Part shown: positions 19,480 through 29,020 of the stretch, one piece after another
How the letters are laid out: every line of letters begins with the position of its first letter
Position numbering within the stretch: the stretch's first letter is position 1
NCBI GenBank assembly: GCA_035289605.1
Contig: DATDWR010000007.1
Span: 1-63,610 of the forward strand
Length of the DNA: 63,610 bases
From: Candidatus Nanoarchaeia archaeon
GTDB lineage: Archaea > Nanobdellota > Nanobdellia > SCGC-AAA011-G17 > GW2011-AR18
Direction of reading: 5' to 3'
Notes under the pieces: generated by a model
The model's database searches: none
What the model was told of the DNA's origin: nothing
Seen by the model: only the letters and a program-made list of their open reading frames with translations
Program-made: the position numbers and the translations under genes

Positions 19480-21882
19480 ATGAATTTAAATAAAAAAATT
19501 GGTGTAATATTCTTGATTCTTGTAATTATTCTATATTCTAATTTTGTAGCTGGTGCAAGTTTTACAGTTAATACAGACTGCGCAGAGTCTAAAACACTAT
19601 TAAAAATATCGAATGGAGCAGGGGGTAAAACAAACGCCCATGCAGAAACATACAGCAGCGCTACAGGTAGTTATCAAAATAAAATCTGCTATACGGGAAC
19701 GGCATCTTCCTCAAGAACATGTTCTGGAAACAACGGAATTTTGAAGTTAAGCGCAACAACAAACGCCCATGCAGAAGTATATACAAATAATAATTACGGA
19801 ACATCAGTTTGCTATGGAGGACTAACCTGCGGGGCAGTAAATGGAGAATGCACAGGAGCAAGCAAATGTGTAGTAAAGTTAAGCGCAACAACAAACGCCC
19901 ACTTATCAGACTGCACAGACGCGAGTTATCCAGTATCAATATGCTGTAATGATGTAGGACAAGATGTAGATGGAGGTGTAGCTGGAGGAGAAAACACGCG
20001 ACAAGCCTGCTCAGATAATAAAGACAATGATGGCGATGGCAAGTTTGACTGCACAGATGACCAATGTGCTACACAACAGAATTGCAAATTAACTATTTCA
20101 GGAAGAGAAATATGCAATGATAATACAAAAAGAGATGAAGATGACGACGGATATTACAATTGTGCTGATTCAGACTGCAAGAACAGCATCTATTGTGGCG
20201 GAACTGAAGGCGGGTCAGTAACAACCCCAATGCAATGGTATAGATATGAAAACGAATTAAAAGGAGTTGGTGGGTTAAATGCATTTCCATATAAAACAAC
20301 TACAAGACAAATAAACAAGTACGATACAGGAAAAGAAGGAAAAGGGTTATTAATCGACCAGCAAAGTGCAGCAGCTGAACTGGCATCTGGATCTAAAATC
20401 GGACATCTGCCAAAATTCACAATTATGGCATGGGTTAAATTAGACTCTTCGAAAGGACAATTAAGCGCTTCAGGATGGTATCCAATAATCTCAGAATATA
20501 ATGGAAATGTTGAAGGAAAGTATTACCTAGCAATTAAAGACAATCGAGTAGTATTTCACCCTAACAACAACAATAATCTATTTGCAGATGGCACTTTCAA
20601 TAATGCCTGGACTCATATTGCTGTAGTTGTAAATACAACATCCACAACTGAAGAAATTGCCCTATATGTGAATGGCCAGAAGAAAACAACTAAGGGAGAC
20701 AATACTTATCCAGGAATTGCAGCAACAGCAGGAACTAATTATGGTGCTTTAGTAGGAGCAACAAAATTTAATGGAAATCCAGATGGATTCTTTGGTGGAA
20801 TAATTGATGATGTAAAAATTTATGACAATGCACTAACGTTGGGGCAGATAAATACTGCAATGCAGGCAACAGAATATTGTTATGACAATTTAGATAACGA
20901 TGGTGATGGAGCTAAGGACTGCGGGGATAGTGATTGCAGACGTTTAAAGAATAATTGTGTAATACCTCCAGATAGTGATGAGATAAATTGCAGCAATGAA
21001 ATAGATGATGAAGGTGGAGATATACTTATAGATTGTGCAGATAGTGACTGCAAAGATAATGTAGCATGTACAGGAACTCCTGGAGACGGAGGCGGGGGCG
21101 CAGGCGGAGGATGTAGTGAGAATAGTGATTGCCCAAGCGGGCAGGAATGCTCTTCAGGAAGATGCAGAATACCAGCAAGAGGAGAAGGCTGCTCAACAAA
21201 CCAGGCCTGTCCAGAAAATAAAATATGTGACATAAGAACAAACACATGCGAAGATTCCCAATGCACAGTAGATGCTGAGTGTGGTGAGGGAAGAACATGC
21301 GATTTGGACAGTCATGGAGGAAGATGCTTTGACTGCAATGCAGACAGCGACCATGACGGAACAAATGACTGCGATGATCCATGCTCATTAATAATAGGAG
21401 ATGACGAAGATGAGTGTGAAGCAAACAGAGACAGATATGCTGTAACATGCGATGACATAGGAGGAGTTGACTGCACAGGAGGAGATTGCATAGGTCACAG
21501 CGAAGGTTATGAAAGCACAAGAAGCATACTATGCTGCGTGCCAACACCAGAAGCATCAGCTGGTGAACAAATATGCGCTCCTACAGAAACTTACCTAAGC
21601 GCTTTGGGCAGTATTATAAGATTTGAAAAAGGTATATGCATAGATGAAGACGGAGATGGGGAAGGAACTGTGACAGTAAAACCAGTAAAAGAAGGGAGCT
21701 CTTTTACTGAATCAGATGCTGAAACTCTTGGAATAACACTAGATCCAGATGGAACATACAAAGAACAATGCACAACAATACCACAGAATTATGAAGGACC
21801 AGTAACTCCATTCTTCACATATGGAAGTCTCGTGCTCACGTTATTATTATTAGGAATATTCTATCTATTTAGAAAAAGATAA
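19480..21882 (+). CDS. surface protein: LKLSxxxNAHA Cys module, Cys/Asp repeats, LamG, Cys-rich repeats, C-terminal TM
   Basis: Signal peptide; three NAH repeats; CxDNxDNDGDGxxDC repeats; LamG motifs; TPFF, TM, RKR tail. Confidence 0.8.
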   Translation: MNLNKKIGVIFLILVIILYSNFVAGASFTVNTDCAESKTLLKISNGAGGKTNAHAETYSSATGSYQNKICYTGTASSSRTCSGNNGILKLSATTNAHAEVYTNNNYGTSVCYGGLTCGAVNGECTGASKCVVKLSATTNAHLSDCTDASYPVSICCNDVGQDVDGGVAGGENTRQACSDNKDNDGDGKFDCTDDQCATQQNCKLTISGREICNDNTKRDEDDDGYYNCADSDCKNSIYCGGTEGGSVTTPMQWYRYENELKGVGGLNAFPYKTTTRQINKYDTGKEGKGLLIDQQSAAAELASGSKIGHLPKFTIMAWVKLDSSKGQLSASGWYPIISEYNGNVEGKYYLAIKDNRVVFHPNNNNNLFADGTFNNAWTHIAVVVNTTSTTEEIALYVNGQKKTTKGDNTYPGIAATAGTNYGALVGATKFNGNPDGFFGGIIDDVKIYDNALTLGQINTAMQATEYCYDNLDNDGDGAKDCGDSDCRRLKNNCVIPPDSDEINCSNEIDDEGGDILIDCADSDCKDNVACTGTPGDGGGGAGGGCSENSDCPSGQECSSGRCRIPARGEGCSTNQACPENKICDIRTNTCEDSQCTVDAECGEGRTCDLDSHGGRCFDCNADSDHDGTNDCDDPCSLIIGDDEDECEANRDRYAVTCDDIGGVDCTGGDCIGHSEGYESTRSILCCVPTPEASAGEQICAPTETYLSALGSIIRFEKGICIDEDGDGEGTVTVKPVKEGSSFTESDAETLGITLDPDGTYKEQCTTIPQNYEGPVTPFFTYGSLVLTLLLLGIFYLFRKR
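19744..19901 (+). repeat. intragenic 26-nt direct repeat AAGTTAAGCGCAACAACAAACGCCCA
   Basis: Identical copies at 19744-19769 and 19876-19901 encoding KLSATTNAH. Confidence 0.85.
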
Positions 21883-21951
21883 AATAAATTTTTGAAAAAT
21901 TTTCAGAAATTTTCCAGATAGATATATAAAGTTCAGAGTCTAGATAAATTT

Positions 21952-22089
21952 ATGGTGGGCAGTATACTTATTAAAAATATAAAACACACTGATATAGACT
22001 CAATTTTTCTTCACATAACATTAATTGTAATCTTTATAATGATTTTAGCAGCAACAGCACTCTTATTAGTGAGGCTTAGCGGAGGATGA
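21952..22089 (+). CDS. 45-aa single-TM peptide (not in ORF track)
   Basis: MVGSILIKNIKHTDIDSIFLHITLIVIFIMILAATALLLVRLSGG; ATGA overlap with the ORF at 22086. Confidence 0.55.
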   Translation: MVGSILIKNIKHTDIDSIFLHITLIVIFIMILAATALLLVRLSGG

Positions 22090-22373
22090 ATATGTCTAAA
22101 ACAATGAGAACACTAATACTGATTGCCCAGACAGCTGCGTATCTAATAGCTGGCATAATCTTATTTCAGATTATAAAATATTTATTGGGAGGAATATGGC
22201 CTATAGAAGAAATAATACTGGCATTTACAATATTTAACCTTACAGCAATTTTTGGGCTGCTGGGTTATATAATTAATATTAACAGCAATTTAAGTAAGAG
22301 AATGTCTTCAGTTGATAAAAATCTTCATGGCCATATGGAATGGCACAGAGGAAATGACAATAGAAAGATTTAA
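22086..22373 (+). CDS. small two-TM hypothetical protein
   Basis: Two hydrophobic helices and a C-terminal HGHMEWH tail. Confidence 0.6.
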   Translation: MNMSKTMRTLILIAQTAAYLIAGIILFQIIKYLLGGIWPIEEIILAFTIFNLTAIFGLLGYIININSNLSKRMSSVDKNLHGHMEWHRGNDNRKI

Positions 22374-22397
22374 AATAAGTACTAAATTACTTCTAGC

Positions 22398-22667
22398 ATG
22401 GAAGTTAACATTCTAAAAGAAGAAAAAAACATAATAGAAATAGAATTAAAAGGAGAAAACCACACTCTAGCCAACCTTCTAAGAAGCGAGCTGTGGAATG
22501 TTGAAGGCACAGACATGGCAAGCTACAATATCAAACATCCTATAGCGAGCAGCCCAATACTAATCTTGCAGACAAGCAAAGGCAAACCAAAAAAGACACT
22601 GCAGGATGCTGTGAACTCAATAAAAGCAAAAACAAAAGAGTTCAGAAGCTTACTGAAAAAATTATAA
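22398..22667 (+). CDS. rpoL: DNA-directed RNA polymerase subunit L (Rpo11)
   Basis: GENHTLANLLRSEL, ASYNIKHP. Confidence 0.93.
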   Translation: MEVNILKEEKNIIEIELKGENHTLANLLRSELWNVEGTDMASYNIKHPIASSPILILQTSKGKPKKTLQDAVNSIKAKTKEFRSLLKKL

Positions 22668-22799
22668 AATTATTTTCTTAAAATTTTGAAAATCTTCCAG
22701 AAATTCTTAGACAAGACCAATAAATTCTAAAGATATAATCTTTAAAGAGGATGAATTCACGGCAATAACTATTTAAATTCTGGAGATAATAAAGCAATA

Positions 22800-22889
22800 A
22801 TGAAAAGCAACAGCATGCAAAAATTATTAAACATTCTCGGATTGACAGGAATAGACCTATTGCTGTACAGAGTCATAAGTACATTATGA
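22800..22889 (+). CDS. 29-aa hydrophobic peptide (not in ORF track)
   Basis: MKSNSMQKLLNILGLTGIDLLLYRVISTL; TTTAAA about 28 nt upstream; ATGA overlap with the next ORF. Confidence 0.35.
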   Translation: MKSNSMQKLLNILGLTGIDLLLYRVISTL

Positions 22890-23035
22890 TTAGACTAAAA
22901 GACGTACTTAATGGAATAAGCTTAATATTTACCACGTTCTTAGTACTGTATAGGTTTGTTGAAGGCTATGACTTTGTAGAATTATCAGTATATAATCTTT
23001 ATTTTTTTAACAGAAATAATAACACAAATAATTAG
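22886..23035 (+). CDS. 49-aa membrane peptide, possibly truncated
   Basis: MIRLKDVLNGISLIFTTFLVLYRFVEGYDF... Confidence 0.35.
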   Translation: MIRLKDVLNGISLIFTTFLVLYRFVEGYDFVELSVYNLYFFNRNNNTNN

Positions 23036-23114
23036 CTTATCAGAAAGATAATTAGTCTACTGTCTAACTGTGTAACCAAAAGTTTAAATAAGCCTATAAA
23101 TTAATAAGAATAAA

Positions 23115-24329
23115 ATGAGAAAAGAGGAGACAGGAAATTCTGTACTGGCTCTAGGCATAGTTTTAATGCTTTTCTTATTATTCTTATTCTTCAAACCTGG
23201 AATAGACACTGCTACAGGATTAACAACACATGATGTTAATATTCTAAGCGTAAATCTGGAAAGAGTGATAAGATATGAAAACGGAAGCATATTAGAAACA
23301 AAAGAAGAAATATTTGGATTAGGAGATGAAATCGGGTGCTTGGTTGAATACACAAACAGTAACAATATTGATATAAAATTTCTGGCTAAGGGAGATATTG
23401 TCACGGAACCTAGGAAAGAATACAAGAATATAGAAAATACAGCAGACAATAGGACAAATATATGCACCAACAAAAATGGAAACAAATTATGCATTGCAAC
23501 CTACAAGCCTGAAGAAGAACTGCTTGGAGAATGGCACTGCCAAGCATTAATAGGAGGTGAAGGAAAAACATCAAATGGACTTGAAATGGGAACTTCATTT
23601 ACACAAGTAAACAATACAACAAATACAAATGTAAGTGCAAATGCGACACAAGTAATTCAGGAATGCTCACCACTATGGGACTGCCAGTGGAGCGAATGCG
23701 AGAATGGACAGCAAACATGCGCTTATTTTGACAGGAACAACTGCGAGGATGAAAGCTCAAAGCCACAAGACCTTGCAAACCAATGCCAAGAAACTACTGC
23801 CAGCGAAGAAGTAGAAGTACAAAGAGAAATACCTACAGCACAAGTAGATGTAAAAAAGAAAAAAAGTTCCTTGCTTATACCAGTAATAATTGCGGGAGCA
23901 GCAGTAATAGGCTCAGGAATATTTTTAGTTGTATTATTAATTAGAAGAAAGAGGAAACAAGCGCAACAACAGACAACAGTTCAGCAAGAACAACAGCCTA
24001 CAGAACAGAATACAACTCAACAGGCTCAATCGGCTGCCCAACAAGCACAAAGCCAAACTCCACAAACTACAACTACACCAAGTATAAAAACTTATATAGA
24101 GCAAGCATTGCAGCAGAACATGCAGCAAGAGCAAATAAAGTCAGAACTTCAAAAAGCAGGATGGAACATGCAGGATGTGGAAAAGGAAATGAACCAGGCA
24201 CTGCTAAGAAAATTTGTGAATGAGAAAAAACAGCAAGGATTTTCAAAAGACAAGATAAAGGAATCACTAAAAGCAAAAGGATGGAAGGATGAAATAATAG
24301 ATCAAATATTCAAAGAATTAAACCTCTAA
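23115..24329 (+). CDS. membrane protein with Cys-rich extracellular part, Gln-rich linker and two cytoplasmic IKxxLxxxGW repeats
   Basis: TATG after the N-terminal TM; CSPLWDCQWSECENG; second TM plus RRKRK; two GW-ending helical repeats. Confidence 0.7.
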   Translation: MRKEETGNSVLALGIVLMLFLLFLFFKPGIDTATGLTTHDVNILSVNLERVIRYENGSILETKEEIFGLGDEIGCLVEYTNSNNIDIKFLAKGDIVTEPRKEYKNIENTADNRTNICTNKNGNKLCIATYKPEEELLGEWHCQALIGGEGKTSNGLEMGTSFTQVNNTTNTNVSANATQVIQECSPLWDCQWSECENGQQTCAYFDRNNCEDESSKPQDLANQCQETTASEEVEVQREIPTAQVDVKKKKSSLLIPVIIAGAAVIGSGIFLVVLLIRRKRKQAQQQTTVQQEQQPTEQNTTQQAQSAAQQAQSQTPQTTTTPSIKTYIEQALQQNMQQEQIKSELQKAGWNMQDVEKEMNQALLRKFVNEKKQQGFSKDKIKESLKAKGWKDEIIDQIFKELNL

Positions 24330-24584
24330 CTTCTTTCTGTAAATCTTAACCAAATTCTCTACAATATCAATGCCAACATATCCAGAAACCAAGCTTAATG
24401 CGTAATTAGAAGTTACAACCAAAGACACAAACATGCCGACAAAACCAGAAACTAGAATAGTTACGAGAAGATAACTCGGCTTGAATTTTGTCTTATGGTT
24501 AATTCTGTAATGCTTCAACAAACCAAGCAAGGCCCTCGTAATTCCACCAAGCAGGCCAAACAAAGCGAACTGGATCAAAGACAT
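24318..24584 (-). CDS. small three-TM membrane protein
   Basis: FGLLGGITRALLG...SGFVG...SGYVG glycine-rich helices and a basic C-terminus. Confidence 0.65.
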   Translation of the reverse strand: MSLIQFALFGLLGGITRALLGLLKHYRINHKTKFKPSYLLVTILVSGFVGMFVSLVVTSNYALSLVSGYVGIDIVENLVKIYRKKLEV

Positions 24585-24658
24585 ATCTCAATTTTAGATG
24601 TGCATGCTTATATTATTTTTGGTCATACAAAAATTTAAATATTAATTGTAATGGTAAA

Positions 24659-25105
24659 ATGCTGGTGAAAGCAGAAATAAAGAACATTGAAAGAGAAATA
24701 AAAATTACACTAAACTTCATAGAAGAGGCAATTATATCCTTAATAAAAACTGCAGCCATAATAAAAAGAAAATTGGGCGACAGAAGTTATCTTGTTACTT
24801 CCACGAATGAAGACTTTGTTATTATAATCACAATATGCGACAGTTTGTTGGGGGAACTTGATAGTCTTGAAAGAAAAGTTCCTATTCAAAACAAGCCATT
24901 TGTTGAAGGCATGAAGGAAAATGTCAAAGGATTGAAGAAGCTGTCAAGCAACTGGAAAAAAACTGATGATGAGAAAGACAGGAATACAATTGCGGGAAGT
25001 ATACTCAATTCAATACTGACATACCTAGAAATGATTATAAATTCATATTCAGGATTAGGCAGAAGCAAAACCAGCCTAGAAAAAGAATTGAAAAAGCTTA
25101 AATAG
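24659..25105 (+). CDS. hypothetical helical protein
   Basis: 148-aa ORF with upstream TTTAAATA. Confidence 0.55.
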   Translation: MLVKAEIKNIEREIKITLNFIEEAIISLIKTAAIIKRKLGDRSYLVTSTNEDFVIIITICDSLLGELDSLERKVPIQNKPFVEGMKENVKGLKKLSSNWKKTDDEKDRNTIAGSILNSILTYLEMIINSYSGLGRSKTSLEKELKKLK

Positions 25106-25125
25106 AAGTTTTCTAAAAAAATAGT

Positions 25126-26910
25126 ATGGAAAAAAATGGGCTGAATGTAGTATTTAAGAGCCTAACAGTTTTATTTGTTCTATTGCTCTTGCTCGTAGGA
25201 ATAAACTTAGTGAGCGCATCAGTAACAGGATATTCTGTTTTTGATATACCAACAAGATTTATTTCTCTTCCTGGATTTGGAGGAAGCGCTCCTTCTGGCA
25301 CTCAATTACCAGGCGCAGGAGCTCCAAGATCCACACTTCCAAGTACTCAGCAAGGAGACTATTTCTTGTGGATGAAATTTGAAGACGGACTAAAAAATAC
25401 AATATCGGGAAATGTTGCAGGATCTGCATATGAAGGAAAGCAAGTAACAAGAGTTCCAAGACCAGATGACCAAAACAACAAAGCACTGTCAATACAATTG
25501 CCAACTTCAGGCGCTGTAAAATTACTAGAAAGTAATAAAGTAGGGCATTTAGAGAAGTTTACAATAGAAGTTGATGTTTACTTACAGAGCAGCAAAGGAA
25601 GGATAACAGGCCAAAATAACTATTACCCAATACTAAGCGAACATAAAGCAGGTGTTGAAGGAAGATATTTTTTAGCAATGAACTCAAGGGAAATACTGTT
25701 TCACCCTAATGTAGGTGTTGATAATGTTGTCTATAGACTTGGGCAAGGCACATTTGAAAATAAATGGACAAACATAAAAGTGGTTGTTGACAGAACTGCA
25801 ACAGAAAAAGTAAGATTATATATTGATGGAAAAAAAGTTGCAGCAGGAAGAAAATACGAACAGCCAACAACATCATCAACAAGCTATGAAATGCTTCTTG
25901 GAGCCAGAGCACAACAAGAGGCAGATACACAATACTTTGGTGGGCTAATAGACAATCTAAAACTATCAAGAAAATCCTTAGCTCAAGCAGATGAAGAAGA
26001 CATAGGAGAAGTTGCTGAACAAGACTCTACTGCAGAAGTAACAGTAACAACAGATACAAAAGCAGAAACACCAACAGGAACAGTAGACTTATCAGTAGGC
26101 TCAAATTTCTTTGCGAATTTAGGAGATCTAAAGACAGTTTTGCCTACAAAGACAGAAACAACTATTGAAGAAGCTGTTGAAGTTTCTCTTCCTACAGGAA
26201 TGAAAACACTTCCAGCAGGGACAAAAATTAACCTGAATGTAGGAACTCTAGTGCCACCTCCAACAGAAGCAGGCTCAAAAATAGCAATATCATCTGAGAT
26301 TTTATTAAAAGCACTCACCGAGGCAAAAACGCCGAGCGGGGAAATAGTCAAACTTCCTGCAAGTACTAACTTAAAACTTCCAGCAGGGACAAAAATTCTA
26401 ATACAAGCACCTAAAATTCCTGTACATATACAAGTTCCAATTAGTGTAAAAACACCTCAGGGAATAATTGAATTACCTGCAGGAACTAGAATACCTTTAA
26501 CCTTAGGTAATCTAAAGACCACTCCAAAAGTCAAAGTTCCGCTAGGAATACTAAAAGGTGGAGGGTCTAAAGGTGGCAAGAAAACACACAGTGTGGATGA
26601 TCTTATCGGACTACAAGACTTTGTGAAGAAAAACAGTTTATTATCTATTTATACTACAGAAGGAAAAAAATGTACGGATGTTTGTAAAACTGTTGGAGAC
26701 GAAAACCCTGATAAATCTATAACTTATAATTGCATTGCTTCTTATGAAAGTACTAACGGAAATCATAAACCTTGTGACAACACTGTACCTGCTGCTAGAA
26801 CTTGCATATGCAGTCCGACTAAAAGTACAAGCAGTACTACGTCTATAACATCAACGAAATTACCTACAGCCCCTATAAAATTACCTGCTGGATTTAATTT
26901 AGGACAATAA
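25126..26910 (+). CDS. secreted LamG-like protein with LPAGTKI repeats and C-terminal Cys domain
   Basis: Signal/VTGY; LamG (YYPILSEH, GGLIDNLK); 4-5 LPAG(T) repeats; CTDVC...CIC. Confidence 0.72.
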   Translation: MEKNGLNVVFKSLTVLFVLLLLLVGINLVSASVTGYSVFDIPTRFISLPGFGGSAPSGTQLPGAGAPRSTLPSTQQGDYFLWMKFEDGLKNTISGNVAGSAYEGKQVTRVPRPDDQNNKALSIQLPTSGAVKLLESNKVGHLEKFTIEVDVYLQSSKGRITGQNNYYPILSEHKAGVEGRYFLAMNSREILFHPNVGVDNVVYRLGQGTFENKWTNIKVVVDRTATEKVRLYIDGKKVAAGRKYEQPTTSSTSYEMLLGARAQQEADTQYFGGLIDNLKLSRKSLAQADEEDIGEVAEQDSTAEVTVTTDTKAETPTGTVDLSVGSNFFANLGDLKTVLPTKTETTIEEAVEVSLPTGMKTLPAGTKINLNVGTLVPPPTEAGSKIAISSEILLKALTEAKTPSGEIVKLPASTNLKLPAGTKILIQAPKIPVHIQVPISVKTPQGIIELPAGTRIPLTLGNLKTTPKVKVPLGILKGGGSKGGKKTHSVDDLIGLQDFVKKNSLLSIYTTEGKKCTDVCKTVGDENPDKSITYNCIASYESTNGNHKPCDNTVPAARTCICSPTKSTSSTTSITSTKLPTAPIKLPAGFNLGQ

Positions 26911-27827
26911 TGAAATTTTTAAAATTATTCCCAGTACTAATATTTCTAATATTAAATCTTTTTTTAGTATCTGGTACTGTAAGCGTAACAACAACATGCA
27001 CTGCTGACAAAACAGTAATGAAACTTTCTGACAAAGCAGATGCACATGCGAGCAAATGGGATTATACAAGTTATTCCTATTATGTGTGTAACAGCGAGTC
27101 GACAATAAATCCTCATAGCTGTACTGGAAACAACTTAGTTCTGAAACTATCTTCAGAATCAGATGGCCATGCAAGCGCGCCAGACTCGAGTAGCAGTGAT
27201 CCTATAAGTATATGCTACAATGGCTTTACTTGTGCCTCAAGGCAGGGAAGCTGCAACCAAGACGAAAGTTGCATAGTAAAATTAAGCCAAAGTACAGATT
27301 CGCATATTTATTCATGCTCAAGCACCGCAATAAGTTTATCAGTATGCTGCAAAGGCGAATCACAGACACCACAACAACAAGAACAAACTCAAACACAAAG
27401 TCCATCTTCTGGAGACAGCGGTTCTGGAAATGCAGGGAGTCCTGGAGGAGGCGGTGAAAGTGGTAGCAGAGGAGCTGAAGGTGATACAGGATCAATTTAC
27501 CAACTAGAAGACTGCACAGACGGGGTTGACAACGACGGTGATGGAAACTCTGATTGCGATGACTCCAAATGCCAATCCAGCCAAGTTTGTATAGGAACGC
27601 CAGAGGAACCGCAACTAGGAGGAATAGATGCACCACAATTTGGATCAAGTGGGGAAGAAACATTCTCTGAAGATACACCAATAGAAGCTGAAGAAGAGAA
27701 ATCAAATCTCACATTATATATTATAATAGGAATTATATTATTGCTAGTAATTGCAGGAGTATTATTATACTTCTTTAAATTCAGAAAGAGGAAGGAAGAA
27801 TTACTACAGTCTAAGAACCAAATGTAA
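26910..27827 (+). CDS. surface protein: LKLSxxxDxHA Cys module, Cys/Asp repeat, C-terminal TM
   Basis: Same N-terminal module as 19480; CTDGVDNDGDGNSDCDDSKC; TM plus RKRK. Confidence 0.75.
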   Translation: MKFLKLFPVLIFLILNLFLVSGTVSVTTTCTADKTVMKLSDKADAHASKWDYTSYSYYVCNSESTINPHSCTGNNLVLKLSSESDGHASAPDSSSSDPISICYNGFTCASRQGSCNQDESCIVKLSQSTDSHIYSCSSTAISLSVCCKGESQTPQQQEQTQTQSPSSGDSGSGNAGSPGGGGESGSRGAEGDTGSIYQLEDCTDGVDNDGDGNSDCDDSKCQSSQVCIGTPEEPQLGGIDAPQFGSSGEETFSEDTPIEAEEEKSNLTLYIIIGIILLLVIAGVLLYFFKFRKRKEELLQSKNQM

Positions 27828-27863
27828 GATACATTTAAATATTCGCTGACAAGACTTCTCAAA

Positions 27864-28439
27864 ATGAGAATAAAAACTGGGCTAAAAAAAATATGGCACT
27901 TCATATGGGAAGATGACAGCATACTAAGCTGGCTAGTAAATATAGTGTTAGCATTTATACTGGTAAAATTTATCATCTATCCAGGACTAGGCTTAGCTTT
28001 AGGAACAACGCATCCAGTAGTTGCAGTAGTCTCAAGCAGCATGGAACATGAAGTAGAAGGCTTTGACTTCTGGTGGTACAGCAACAAGGACTTTTACATC
28101 AAAAAAGAAATCAAGAAAGAAGATTTTGAAAAATACAAATTCAAGAATGGATTCAACAAAGGAGACTTGATGGTGTTAAAAAAAGCAAAAGAAATCAAGA
28201 AAGGAGATATAATTGTATTTAGAGGAGATGCAAAAGAGCCTATAATACATAGAGTTGTTGATGTATCAAATGCAACTTACCAGACTAAAGGAGACAATGG
28301 AAAGACAAACAAACAATCAAGACCAGATGAAATAGAAATAACAGAAGACAGGCTGGTGGGAAAGGCTATTTTTAGAGTGCCATACTTGGGCTGGATAAAA
28401 CTAATTTTTGTGGAAGTAATAAATGAAGCGCTAAGATAA
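27864..28439 (+). CDS. sec11: signal peptidase I (Sec11 type)
   Basis: VVSSSMEH (catalytic Ser), GD, PIIHRV (His), TKGDN, RVPYLGW. Confidence 0.92.
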   Translation: MRIKTGLKKIWHFIWEDDSILSWLVNIVLAFILVKFIIYPGLGLALGTTHPVVAVVSSSMEHEVEGFDFWWYSNKDFYIKKEIKKEDFEKYKFKNGFNKGDLMVLKKAKEIKKGDIIVFRGDAKEPIIHRVVDVSNATYQTKGDNGKTNKQSRPDEIEITEDRLVGKAIFRVPYLGWIKLIFVEVINEALR

Positions 28440-28492
28440 TTTTAAATGACAAAGAATATAAATTGATGTCCTTTGCAGAGGTAAGAAGAAAA

Positions 28493-28777
28493 ATGTTTTG
28501 CCCTACATGTAATAATTTACTGATGCCCAAAGAAGGGAAAATGGAATGCTCATGCGGATACAAGAGCGAAGAAACAAAACTCAAAGACAAAAGAAAGAAG
28601 GAAGAAAAAATAGCTGTAGTAGAAAAACAAGAAAACCTTCCGAAAATGAAAGCAGACTGCTCTAAATGCAAAAATAATGAAGCTTACTTCTGGACACTAC
28701 AAACAAGATCAGGAGACGAGCCAGAAACAAGATTTTTTAAATGCGTAAAATGCTCCAATGTGTGGAGAGAATACTAA
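28493..28777 (+). CDS. tfs: transcription factor S (RpoM/TFS family)
   Basis: MFCPTC...CSC; CSKC...QTRSGDEPETRFFKCVKC..WREY; start refined to ATG28493. Confidence 0.93.
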   Translation: MFCPTCNNLLMPKEGKMECSCGYKSEETKLKDKRKKEEKIAVVEKQENLPKMKADCSKCKNNEAYFWTLQTRSGDEPETRFFKCVKCSNVWREY

Positions 28778-28848
28778 TTTCTATTACTAAAAGATTTACA
28801 AGAAAAATGAGGCAAAGCTTATTAATTCTATAATTAATAGAATTGATT

Positions 28849-29019
28849 ATGAAAACAAGACAGAAAAATCTAATTTTAATAGGAGGCGTCATGGGTGTAG
28901 TTTTAGGTATGACAGTAATAATTCCTTCAATGATCAAAGGAAGTCTTTTAGTTTCTATATTCGGAGGAATTATGCTTATGCTAGGCTTTATATTAATTGC
29001 TATAGCTTTCGGAGATTAA
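28849..29019 (+). CDS. 56-aa two-TM peptide (not in ORF track)
   Basis: MKTRQKNLILIGGVMGVVLGMTVIIPSMIKGSLLVSIFGGIMLMLGFILIAIAFGD. Confidence 0.6.
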   Translation: MKTRQKNLILIGGVMGVVLGMTVIIPSMIKGSLLVSIFGGIMLMLGFILIAIAFGD

Positions 29020-29020
29020 A

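Noticed and set aside
24318-24584. Holin assignment for the small three-TM protein
   Set aside because: Size and basic tail fit, but there is no viral or lysis-gene context; left as hypothetical.
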